DNA of 62,121 nucleotides, filler included, from Sphacelaria rigidula (lineage: Eukaryota): NCBI GenBank assembly GCA_964200075.2. It is 7 parts of 7 records of this genome, joined end to end, with 100 filler letters (N's around TTAATTAATTAA, not from the genome) between each part and the next. Parts side by side here need not be neighbours in the genome. Positions count along the whole stretch, not along the records: positions 1 to 8,789 come from CAXNAA020010091.1; positions 8,890 to 17,678 come from CAXNAA020010092.1; 5 more parts are not named here. One strand, 5' to 3'. Position numbers and translations under genes: made by a program. Shown here in pieces: positions 1 through 10,993 of this stretch. The notes under the pieces are model-generated. The model ran no database searches. It saw only the letters and a list, made by a program, of their open reading frames with translations, and had not been told where the DNA came from. The number at the start of each line of letters is the position of its first letter. Position 1 is the stretch's first letter.

Positions 1-1626
1 GAAAAGGATAGGAGGAGGGGGCGGAGGGGGGGTGGGGGCGCGAGGCACGGCGGCCCCGGCGGGGGGGGGGGGGGGGGGGGGGGGGGGGGAGCTAATTCCC
101 CACTCACGACTACTCCTTGGTATCAGCCCTTGAAAACTCTCAATATCATGGTGATCCTACACAAAAATCAAGTATGTTCCAACCGTCCAAGTTTGGTGAA
201 CCGCGTCACGAAAATCTATTGATCAACCTATATACTTTCCTCCCTCCGCCGACGTGAGAAACGTGGATGAATATCATATTTGACTGAGTCAGTACAGCGT
301 ACATGGTGACGGGGTAATCGTTTGAAACCGCAAACCATGAGTTCTGGATGAATGGTGGACGGTCGATGTACCAGCAATGTATGGTGCCCGTGGTGTGTTG
401 GTGAGTCACGGAACACTATCCGCAGCTGCCAGGTGAATGTCGTGTTCTCTGAACGAGTACCGTGCTGTACGAACTGTTTGTCCGCTGTCCTGTATAGCAG
501 TCGGTCGGTGTACGTACTACGAGGAAATAAACAGTAGTTGAACAAGGAAAAAACCGAGTTACATGAAAAACCCTTCCGAATCCTCTCGCGCACGACACAC
601 ATACATACGTGGTCCGTCAATCGTCAATACTGAGATCATCAATCATCAATCATCAATCATCAATTATTACATGCGGATGGTTGCAAACGGGAGGGGCAAC
701 AGACAGACAAGGAAAATGATCGGACATGCGGATGGTTGCGAACAAAAAAGGCAAAAGACAGATAACAAAAATGGTTGGACAACGCAATGGTTGTAAGAAA
801 AAACAAGCGCAAAAAAACGGAGGGATAGCTCGGAAAGCCACAACGATACGAAAACAGAAACTGTTCACACAAAGCACTCTCCCTGTGGCACTCGTTCCAT
901 CACACCACAAACAAAAGCAAATTTGAAAACGAAACCTGTCGATCCACCATGCACCGAAAAAATTATCCAAGCCCCCTGCTCAACAAACGTGGCAAGGGAC
1001 AATCGAACAACGGACAGCACCAGTAAAGCATCGCCGTGGGGACTGTCGTCACTACTCGGGCTCCCCGGCTCGACGATGGTTGATCGTACTCATTGTTATT
1101 TCGGTCAGAACCGAAGCCTATGCGCCCCCCTGATGAGTCCTACCCCGACCCTAGGCCAGATGACGGAGAAACCTCGGGCAGGGAGGAAACGGGCAAAGCA
1201 TGCATTTCACAGATCTCAATTTTGCACCATAGCACCATATCCGAGTTTGTCGGGACCACCCATCTTCGTTTTTTCTCTATAAAAATACGATTGGTACGGT
1301 TACGGTTTCGAAGATTCAGGTGTGAACGAATGACTCACGTCATATTTACATGATTTCAAACCCTCAAGTCATATTCATAAGAAATTGATTATTCTTTTGC
1401 ACTTCAGGGACATCCTGCGCCGATTCCAATTCCAACGCGGCTGATGATAATATCGTTTTCTATTATTTTCCGAGACGGATGCAATTATTACTACGTAAGA
1501 TATTTTGGGGCGTGGTGTACTAGCCTATTATCGTTTTTACCATGCTGCATTTTCCAGTGCGAGGAATTCACGCAAAACCGGCGTCAAATATTCATCGGGA
1601 CACGTGATTTGTCTTCGTTATACTCC

Positions 1627-2059
1627 AACGCTAACGCTAACGCTAACGCTAACGCTAACGCTAACAACGTTTTCGTGAGATTAAGAGCGCAGATTGAGAT
1701 TGACTTTGACCGTTCGCTTCAACTCCGACATTTTTAATCCCGTGTGTGCTTTGCTTTGCCTCCATCACTGGCGTGTGCTTACAGCTTCATGTCGATATCC
1801 TACTCGGGGATATCAAGGGCCTCAAGTGGCAAGCTACTACAGAAAGTATATCGGGTCTCGTGGACGGGCATTTTGGAACTGAAACGATTCACTCACCAAT
1901 TCACCGCGTTTAACTCCCAATCGTATCCTCTGCTCTCAATCTCACGAAAACCTTATTTTACGCTTACGCTTACCCTTACGCTCACGCTTACGCTAACGCT
2001 AACGCTAACGCTAACGCTATCGCTAACGCTAACGCTTACGCTTACGCTGACGCTAACCC
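1627..2059. repeat. (CTAACG)n hexamer arrays (telomere-like variant) flanking MITE B
   Basis: aacgct repeats at 1627-1665 and acgctt/acgcta repeats at about 1960-2059. Confidence 0.9.
1669..1951. mobile_element. MITE family B, copy 1
   Basis: Inverted termini gttttcgtgagattaagag / ctctcaatctcacgaaaac. The internal sequence matches 32179-32456. Confidence 0.8.
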
Positions 2060-2821
2060 AAGGCATACCGTGAACCCTCGAGCAAGGGGATACATTCCTA
2101 GGCCAAGTCTGCGAAGACAGAGCTCGAATCGGCGCCTGCTGCACCGATCTGATGTGAACCGTGTGCAGCGCACGAGTTCGCGTGATCTCTCGTCTTCCAT
2201 TCCCATTTTATTTCTCGAGTTTCTTCTCGCCACTCTTTCAAACAACACAACAGAGGCCCCCGTTCGGAGCAAAAGTCGCCACAACTGTTTGCGCAGTTCC
2301 AAAATGATATTGACGTATTTTCCATATACGCGAAGCGGCCTTGGAGTATGGTGGTAACCGACGGGTCCTGTTGCATAGATCCTTGTCCGTACAAATCATA
2401 TTATGATCGACCGTCGCACATGAATAACTGATGCTCCAGGGATCCAGCTCAAGAGGTTACTGTTAACACTTCGGACGCGAGTACTCGTATAGGTCACCTG
2501 TTGAATAAGCATCAATTTCACTGATTATTTCATCACCAGGTCACCTACCCTCGCCGTTCAAGGGTTAATCGAGAAGGTGAATAAACCGGAAACACTCGCC
2601 AAAACTTGAGAAAGCGTGAGTGTCGACTTGCACACTCCAGACAGCATAAAAGTAAATGTATACAATCGCATACACCCAACAGTGTGAACGCGCATGGAAG
2701 TAGTGAAATAACCTCATGCGAAGCAGCAGTGAAATATACAAATATGAGCTGGGCCAGCTGACGGTGATTATTGCGTGAATTCTGGGGATGCGACTAGTGA
2801 TTCGAAGCGTCAGACGCGACT

Positions 2822-3270
2822 ATTACAGGAGCCGTTCAAAATTCCTGTTCCAAACTGTCTTGTTGGCCCGTTTCCGTCGTTTCACGCCTGAGAAGAGGGC
2901 GAGGCGGATGTTGACGCCTTGGAATGACTTCCTCTACTGATTGAGGCCGTTCCAGGGCAACCTTGCATTTCCTACTGGCCCCACTTTCAGTTTTGGCCAA
3001 ACACGGATTTTCAACAAAAAACGGTCGAGCGATAAAAAAAGAGGGGGAAATTCTGATCAGCTGGCCGTTTTTTACTAAAAATCCGTTTTTGCCTTCATAT
3101 GGCCAAATAGAAAAGTGCTGCCAAGGGGAAATGCAAAGTTGCCCGGAAAGGATTTTGACGGGTATTGTAGAGCAAGTCAACATCCGCCTAGCCCTCTCTT
3201 CGGGCGTAAATCGACGGAGAAGAGCCCAACAGGCAGTGTTCGACAGGGATTCCGAACGGCTCCCATTGGA
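2822..3270. mobile_element. MITE family A (foldback, about 200-bp arms), copy 1
   Basis: Ends ggagccgttcaaaattcc / ggattccgaacggctccc. Internal inverted blocks agagggcgaggcggatgttgac / gtcaacatccgcctagccctct. Second copy at 20362-20816. Confidence 0.85.
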
Positions 3271-6200
3271 GGTGGCCTTGGGCGCTAAATTTTTTGGCAC
3301 GACATCTTCATCAACTCGCGCAACACGGGGGTGCAGAGGGGAAAAAAAAAGTAAGCTTCAGCAACAAGAGTAAGGATGCTACTACTCCGTGAAGAGTTGA
3401 GAAATACGACTGCACCCCGAAAATTGTTGTGGGCACTCGCTCGAGTCCAGGACATCCTCGTAAAGTTTCGGCAAAAAAAATAAAAATTGAGGCGCCGCAT
3501 AGCACTTTTCGTGTGACATGGCCGCGCCCTTTTAATTCAAGTGATACAGGAGACCCCAGTTATGGAGGTCATGAGTTCGTACTCATATCGCGACAGATTT
3601 TCTGTTCTTCTCGTCCCGCAGTACATGTTTCCCACTTTTCTTTTCTTTTTTTTCATTCAGCGGCGGTGCCGTGTGTCACCACGTTGGTTTGAGTTTCACA
3701 GCGATATGCTCAAGTCGGGCTGCTTTGGGAAACTTGAGAAGTTGTGGTGTGGAAAGCGAATGCGGGATCTACTGGTGGCCCAGCACGTATCGTTTCAACG
3801 ACAGAGCCTTCGATGAATATTTTCTACTGATGACGCGACGTCATCACCCCTTTTTTTTCACCGGCAAAAAGAACAGCACAGCGCAGCGAGTCGTAGTACA
3901 GACAGCACGTGGATATATGAGAAGTATGCCTCATGACATTATACACCTTTAGGGGGAAGATGTGGGTTGGTTCCTCGAAACTACGGACTCGATCGTAGGA
4001 GGGGAGGGCAAATCGAAAGCAAAATGACGGGAAAAATGCATGTCTTTTTCGGGTACACGGCTTTCGAAAGTCTCGTTCGGGTGCACCATTTTTTGTACGT
4101 GGGCCTCTCGTGCTTGTACCCTTGTACGAGCTAATTGTCTGTATCGTCCAAATACATTCCGAAGTACTAGGAGGTTGATGGCGGAGGTTTCCCTTCGGAA
4201 GGCACCTCGTACTTGACGTGGGTTCTACTTCTGTACTGACCATATGCTGTACATGCGACTATGCCATCTTCACTGACGTACCATCGATCGGTGTATATGG
4301 CATCCACGATGTGCCGGGGCTCACCAAGTGAACCTGGCACAAACCAAAACCAACAGAATGATGTCCGGTTCGCAACGGTTAATTCAAGCAGTCCTGGCGG
4401 ACAGTTGAAGAACAGATTATGGGGAGCTCAGTCAGTGCGTGGGCACAATCCTACCTTGCGCGACTTCTTGCATGCTAATGCTTCGACAGTTGTCAGGGCT
4501 TCTCCGTCGATCTGCAGACTGTTTGTTCTGACTACAGTCTGTACCGCACTGTACGTTCAAATCCGCTCCGGAGGAAGCACTAATTGTTTCCCACATTTAC
4601 TGATCATAACTTCACGGCCTGTGCTCTACTGGCGGCGCTGTATACCGAGTCTCCCAAACCCCTCCGCATCAGGAAGCTCCGGTTCATCACATATGCACCG
4701 AACAGCAGGAGCCAACAACTTGCTCTTCGAGTTGTACCACCTTTCCTGGAGTTCCAGGCTATTTCGCTACTCGGCGCGATGTCAACGAGCCACACGAAAG
4801 TCCTTGAGGTTTATTGGATATGCGTATATGCGTTTTTGAGGTGTACTCAATGTCTGTTGAGAACGAGCTCGTACGCTGGGCTTCGTCCACGTAATGCAAA
4901 TTATCGCGGCGCCCCGGAGGCCGGGAGGCTCACCCAAAGTAGTCAGTCGACACAAAATGGAACAGAAGCACTAAACAGGAACAGCAGCAAGCAGTCAACC
5001 ATCCGTTTATTCAAGCCGCTTCCACAACACTTCGCGAACCTTCAACTGGTCGTGAAAAAACTCCGCGTCCAGTTGTCAGCGGTACAGCTATGATCTATGA
5101 ACATAGGCCTTCTCAAAAGCGATGATGTGTAACGCTCGTCACAGCGCGGTTATTACCCTGCACCGATGCACGTGGATGGTGCGGTGGGGCCCAGTACGAC
5201 AAACACAACTACTTGGCGGGGAGGGTGACGCGAGGAGAGATAACAGGGGGAGGAGGGAGGGAGACTATTCGCATTTTTGCAAGCCCTCTCACATCCTTTA
5301 CAGAAACTGGCGACGAAATTCAAATTTTTCGAGCGTTCCCATCTTTTGGTTTTTCGCGGACTGTACTGTGACATACAATGGGTGCCGAGGCCGATGTGCG
5401 CAACGAACACTGGCGACCACAGCCGCTGCGGGGGTATGCAACGTTCAGTCAATCAGCCCTACACACTACTGGCATATGGACCAGCGTGTGCAGTCGGCAT
5501 GTAACCCAGTTGATGATGAGGGTTGACACGGTGAACACCACCAGAGTGCCTTACAGGTCAAGGGCACGTGTACTGCAGGTCCGCGTAGCTGAAAATTGCG
5601 GATAGCCCATTACCTCAACTTTCGTCAAAATTACGGGGCACATACAAGTGAAGACCATAGCACAGCACAAGCGGACAGGGCAGTGCACACCAGAGTATGG
5701 TGGCACATTTATATTTTCAGTTCGCCGAGTAATGGTTGATGGATCGAAGTGTGTTATGGTGAACAAATGAGTTGAGCTCTGGGGAACGGTACATTGTACA
5801 ACACTATATTCACTGTTGCAATGTTGTACACAAAATAGAGGGACATCCCAAACGCTGACCGTGGGTGCACCCCTTCTGTGATCATTGGACACGATTGTAG
5901 TGATGGGGGACTATGCGATGGTGGGTGGGAGTAAAGCGAGAGGAGTCCGTATAGATTTCGACGCGTCAGGTCAGGGTTTGGGAATTATGCTTGGTGCCAT
6001 CAATTGTTCAGGATTCGTTATTTCGTTGATAGTATGATAATTTCGAAAAGATGGCTAGAAGAACAGCACTCCACAGGTCCACCTTCATCGAGATGAACGG
6101 TTTCAGCAACCGTTCAAACAAGTGATCGCATACTAAATAACGGAGAGATGTAAGCGGGTAAGCCCTCAAGGATACGTCTTCTTCATTAGTTCGAGCAAGC

Positions 6201-6690
6201 GCGTCGAGTGTGCCTTTCTGCACTCTCTGCCTGGGACAGCTGCTGCGGTCGGATTTAGTACTTTGCAGAAACTGCACAACATAACTGACTAGTTATTGTG
6301 AAGTACATATCTGGAATAAAAACATGTGTACGTGTTACCTGTAACATGGGATGATAAACATGCACGCAGGTCATCTGACAGTCAAACGATGAGTAACATT
6401 AGACGAGATATGGAAAAATAACTACGCTGTCTTGCGAAGATGAATCGAGCACATCATGCAATGATGACACTCAGCAGCGGGGGCAGTAGTCCCCCATCCT
6501 GAAACGAAAACCTCGAAAGCTAACACAGCTTCTTCTAACTATTCTTGCTAGTACCCCACGCACCACCCTCTTACCTCCCGAGCAATAGCGTGAAGGCAAC
6601 GGGTAAACGCAGGACCGAAGAGGGGGAAACCACACACATGTAGATCGTGAAACGTGCGCAACCAATTTTACATACAGGGGAAACTCTCAC

Positions 6691-7164
6691 CGTCTCCTGT
6701 TGCACAGGACGGGCAGTTTCGACCCCTGCAGCTTGCTTTGTGCTGAGATCGCTTTGACTATGAAGCTGTTCCCCTCTGCTGTTGCTGTCGCTTAGAGTCC
6801 TGCTTCTCCCTTTCCCTACTGCAGGTGAGCCTCCTAAACTCCCCGACGAGGGTGCGACGTTCTCCTGGGAGCACGACAGATCACCTTCCACTTGAACCAC
6901 TATTCCACCATTCGACTCGTAGTACGGATGATTATCGAAATCGTTCTTCTTTGACTCCGGTTTGGAATGGTGCGGCTGAAACGGACCCACCGGCCTTGGG
7001 TCGCTCGGGGCGGCTGTTGTGGCTTCATGATCATCATGGTGGAGAGTGTCGTGCGACGGCACCACAATGTCAAGGGTTGCAGGTCGCTTAGCGGTGCTGT
7101 GGCCTGCCCTGGGACCTCCGGGTGCAGCACCGGTATCAGCACGCCTTGATGCGCAACACCCCAT
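6691..7164 (-). CDS. Probable first exon of an N-myristoylated/palmitoylated protein (MGCCAS...), function unknown
   Basis: ATG start with MGCCASRR, a low-complexity S/P-rich ORF, and a plausible donor ACG|gtgaga at about 6690. A possible phase-0 exon 2 lies at about 6176-6271 (FLQSTKSDRSSCPRQ...ARTNEED). Confidence 0.6.
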
Positions 7165-8564
7165 TCCCCGCTGCTATATGATTACTGTAGCTTTGAAATT
7201 GTGACCGTCGTTGCACTACACTTTCAAGTTTTCTATAGCGGGGGAAGATTCACACACATCTTCTTCACTTTTTTTTTCGCACCCTACCTATGAAAAAGAG
7301 TATGACTAGATCGCAAGAGACACAAATTGTATCCTACGGGAGTATACTGTATACCAATACATAGAGGCAGACAACAACAGTAGTACAGACAAGCGGTATT
7401 TGTGATATCATGTTTAGGCGTCTCCAGTCTCCAGGGTGTACATACACGAAGTGTTGCTGCAAACATAGGAGGCGAGGTGTATGTTCCCTGATCTCAATTA
7501 TCGTCAGCGGAGATGCTGTATACTTTCGGCATGTTCTCTTCCTCGCGTGATTTTGTGCGTGTTGTCGTCCCATTTATTTAGTGTATTTATTGTAGTACCA
7601 GACAGATATTATGTCGGTACCGCTGTGCCCCTGTCCGTTCACTACGGAGCCACGGCTGCAGATAAGTAGACAATACAGAAGCCGAATGCTGGTCCACGTC
7701 TTCCCATGGACCATCTAATTAATGTCCAGCCGTGCAGCATCATATCTTGCGCCGCTTACATGTAATGAGAACATCCCAACGTTCCGAGAATACCCCAGCT
7801 GTCAGAACTCGAGGGTCCGCTGCCGCATGCTCATGTATGCGGCGCAACTCCGATGCAGGCAGCATACGCCGCAGCTTTTACAAAAAACCGACGAGATCGG
7901 TGCTAAAGTTTGACAGTCATCGGTACCACAGACGAGAAGACCCGAGAGACGGTGGCGCAGGAAAGGCTACGTCGTGTATGTGGTGGGTCTTGCCCCTCAT
8001 AATATTTCTTTGGCGACAACGTCGCTGTGGTTGTTGTACCGACCGCAGCTCTGCTCGTCGGGGTTGGTATCTATGTGTCTCGAGTTGCAGCATTGCAGCA
8101 TTCCATCGTTCGTATTCGCATGTTGCATGTACTGCACCGTCTGTACAGTCTGGAGATAACAAGAGAGCGGGAGACCGCAGCAGCAGCAGCAGCAGCAGCT
8201 TGGTCAGCGGGATACCACCGGGCACCTCGTCTCGCTCCCCATAATACTGTAGTGCCCAGGTTCACAGCGAGTATATCGGATTTGAAAAAAGAACGTGGGT
8301 TGAAGATACAACAACAGTATGATAGTAGCGTAAACCTGACACTCAAACAGCAGTATAAGCCACCATCGCCGCCCATGTCCAGCCATCAACTTTTTGCTAT
8401 AAACCTTATTATGCTTGCTTGATGAACACGTGTAGAAGCCACACCTCTTCTCGGACCGGAATCTTCAGTTAACCGGCAACGCCCTCGAGGCAGCCTCAAA
8501 CTATCACGAGAAAAATAAACAGTCATACAGCGCATGATCACTGGTCTCAGACCTCATGATTCCC

Positions 8565-8723
8565 GCCCTCATATATATATGCGCGACATCGGCAAAAACG
8601 ATCCCAAGCATGCGAGTTCCTACGAGTAGCTGCTCGGTGTGCTCGGGTTTTATCATCATGTTGGTTTACATTGTAGATTTTGCCTCCTCAACCCAGCCAT
8701 TTTCCTCGGGGGGGGGGGGGGGG
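8565..8723 (+). repeat. Partial MITE family C relative
   Basis: gcgacatcggc..cccaagcatgcgagttcc..agctgctcggtgtgctcgg..agattttgcctcc matches the family C interior. Confidence 0.55.
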
Positions 8724-8789
8724 TGGTGTGGCCTCCCCCGACGCGGTTGGTGGGTCGGCGGGCGAGCTGCTTTGGGGGCGTGCTGTTCT

Positions 8790-8889
8790 NNNNNNNNNNN
8801 NNNNNNNNNNNNNNNNNNNNNNNNNNNNNNNNNTTAATTAATTAANNNNNNNNNNNNNNNNNNNNNNNNNNNNNNNNNNNNNNNNNNNN
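8790..8889. other. Artificial contig spacer (N44-TTAATTAATTAA-N44); also at 17679, 26568, 35457, 44346 and 53234
   Basis: Six identical 100-nt spacers with an all-frame stop linker, at near-constant 8889-nt spacing. Confidence 0.98.
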
Positions 8890-8959
8890 GGGAATCGAAC
8901 CCCACTTCTCAACCATCAGAAGGTTACGAGGTTACCAACTGAGCCACCGGGGCGACCGG
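8890..8959 (-). mobile_element. tRNA-derived SINE head (truncated by contig end)
   Basis: The reverse complement reads ccggtcgccccggTGGCTCAGTTGGtaacctcgtaaccttctgatggttgagaagtggGGTTCGATTCC, i.e. Pol III A and B boxes. The D-stem does not close, so this is not a bona fide tRNA. Confidence 0.65.
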
Positions 8960-9089
8960 TTCATTTGGGAATTAATTTTCGTGAGAGCGGATGAACATTT
9001 GCGTGCGAATGCGAAGAGCAACGTCACATGGTTTCAAGGCGTGGGCTGTTGGGCTCTCATGGGACAGACGGTTGGCTTCCCGTCACTAG

Positions 9090-9324
9090 CATTAGCCACG
9101 CTGACTTCAACCCCATCACCAGCAGTGGCCACGCGTGGGGGACACACTCCACGTACACAGCTCCCACAGAGAGATGCGCACAGCTATATCTCCCAGAACT
9201 TCGCCGAGTGAGCAAGCATAAACCCATCGGCGGGTAAAACGTACTAGCGCTGTCCAACACGGTGGCGATCACTCGCAAGGTGCGTGGGTGTTGTCGCACG
9301 GTCGAAAAACGGACCGTCTACGAT

Positions 9325-9372
<48 letters not shown>

Positions 9373-10347
9373 CGGCAGCAGCTGATTCAGACCCACCCCC
9401 AGCCGTACACATTTACTGGCAATGAAGATGCTGCTGCTGCTGCTGCTGCTTCTCCTGCGGGAGGTGGTCCGCGTTTCGACGTGCGATAATATCAGTAGAT
9501 CTGAGGATTTGTACGCAAACAATGGTTGGTGCTCGATTTTACTTGATTTCAGACTGAACAAAGTTCTGAGAAAATCATGGTCTCGGGCAGGTGAGCAGTG
9601 GTGAGCAGTAGACCCAGCTCGTTCAGAACGTGTTTTGGTCCAAAATCGGCTGAAATGCGTCTATTTGAGTTCTGGCAACGCACACTTTGCCCGGGGAACA
9701 CTGTTCACCCCCTTGCCCGAGGGTTCTCGGTATGCCTTGGTCGGGGTTAGGGTTAGCGTTAGGGTTGGCGGCATCTCCATAGTACCAACCATTGTTCACG
9801 TACAAATCATCAGATCCCCTCGATAATACCCATGCACCTGTCGCGTTATTGCCCCTTCCTATTTAAAATTGACTATGATCTGTTCGCGAGTTATTACCCC
9901 CATACAGTAGCATTTTCAGCACGAGTACAAACCACTTGTTTCCCCTGTATTGGACGCTGGCTTCATTCCCATCACCAGCGGCAGCCACGCGTACGAGACA
10001 CACCCGACGTGCACAGCTCGCGCAGAGAGATGCCCGCAACTATATCTCCCAGCACTTAGCCTAGTGAGGAAGCATAGACCCACTGGCGGGTAGTACAGAC
10101 CAGCGCTTTCCAGCACAGTGGCTATCACGAGCAAGGTGCGTGGGCGTTGTAGTGATAGCACAATCGAAACGCGGACTGTCTCTTCCATGAATATGAACGG
10201 CAGCAGCAGCAGCAGCAGCAGCAGTATCGGCACCGGCTGATTTAGATCCACACCCAGCCGCGTACATCTACTGGCAAAAAAGATGCTGCTGATACTGCTG
10301 CTGTTGCTTCTTCTCGTGCGGAAGGCGGTCCGCATTTCGATCTGCGA
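9090..10347. repeat. Diverged direct duplication of an about 400-bp unit (about 9090-9486 and 9948-10347), each ending in a hairpin
   Basis: Shared blocks cccatcaccagc..ccacgcgt..cagagagatgc..ctatatctcccag..gcaaggtgcgtggg and (CAG)n...(CTG)n. Confidence 0.85.
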
Positions 10348-10914
10348 CAGTACCCATACCCCTCTGCGCGTTATTGCCGCCACTCTTGGAGTCGCTGTTT
10401 TACCGTCTCTGTATCACCTGTTCCCCACACTAGCATGCTCGATTAGAACAGCGCGTGGTTTCTCGTGATGATGAAGTTGTGAACAGTCACTTCACCATCA
10501 CTATCACGAAATGATGATCATGTTCCTTGTTTCGTTCAAACACCGCCTTACCCTTTGGGTGTGGAGCCGATACTGTGTATCGGCCGCGGCGTGACGCCTA
10601 CGGCGGTACTACCTGCTCGCTGCACAGCGGCAGGGTTTAGGGTGACAAAGCACACCGCAGAACGTCGCATCCTTTGTCCATCTCTGTCCTGCATTGATTT
10701 CGCGTTGTCCTATGCAGTTCGCCACATCTTGAGAGCAGCCGTTGTATCGCAGCCAGGGTGGTGTACGTAGGATATAAACCTCCTCGCCACGCGCTACATG
10801 TCCGTGTTGGAGCTACAGCGTGCGTTTGCCCCAAGTGGCGCACGCAGGAGTGAGAGGCCGCCTCCGCCGCTGTAATGGCTGCCTGTATCTTGGGCGAAGC
10901 TGTACGGTAACAAA

Positions 10915-10993
10915 GCCGCGGCTGGTGCGCCCACATATACCGAATGGTGGAGACCGGCGTCCAGATTTATGGGACAACAACACACACAGCACA
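10915..10993 (+). repeat. SINE-like 3' fragment
   Basis: Matches 26840-26917. Confidence 0.6.

Noticed and set aside
2836-3373. Overlapping 154-aa and 136-aa ORFs similar to ORFs at 20583-20826
   Set aside because: The similarity comes from the palindromic MITE family A, not from a protein family.
7780-8225. Possible hAT dimerisation-like remnant (AVHATCEYERWN)
   Set aside because: Similarity too weak to support by eye.
8834-8845. TTAATTAATTAA recurring motif
   Set aside because: Synthetic linker within the N spacers.
8890-8959. Possible tRNA-Gln(CTG) gene on the minus strand
   Set aside because: The D-arm cannot pair and the 3' end is cut by the contig break. Better explained as a SINE head.
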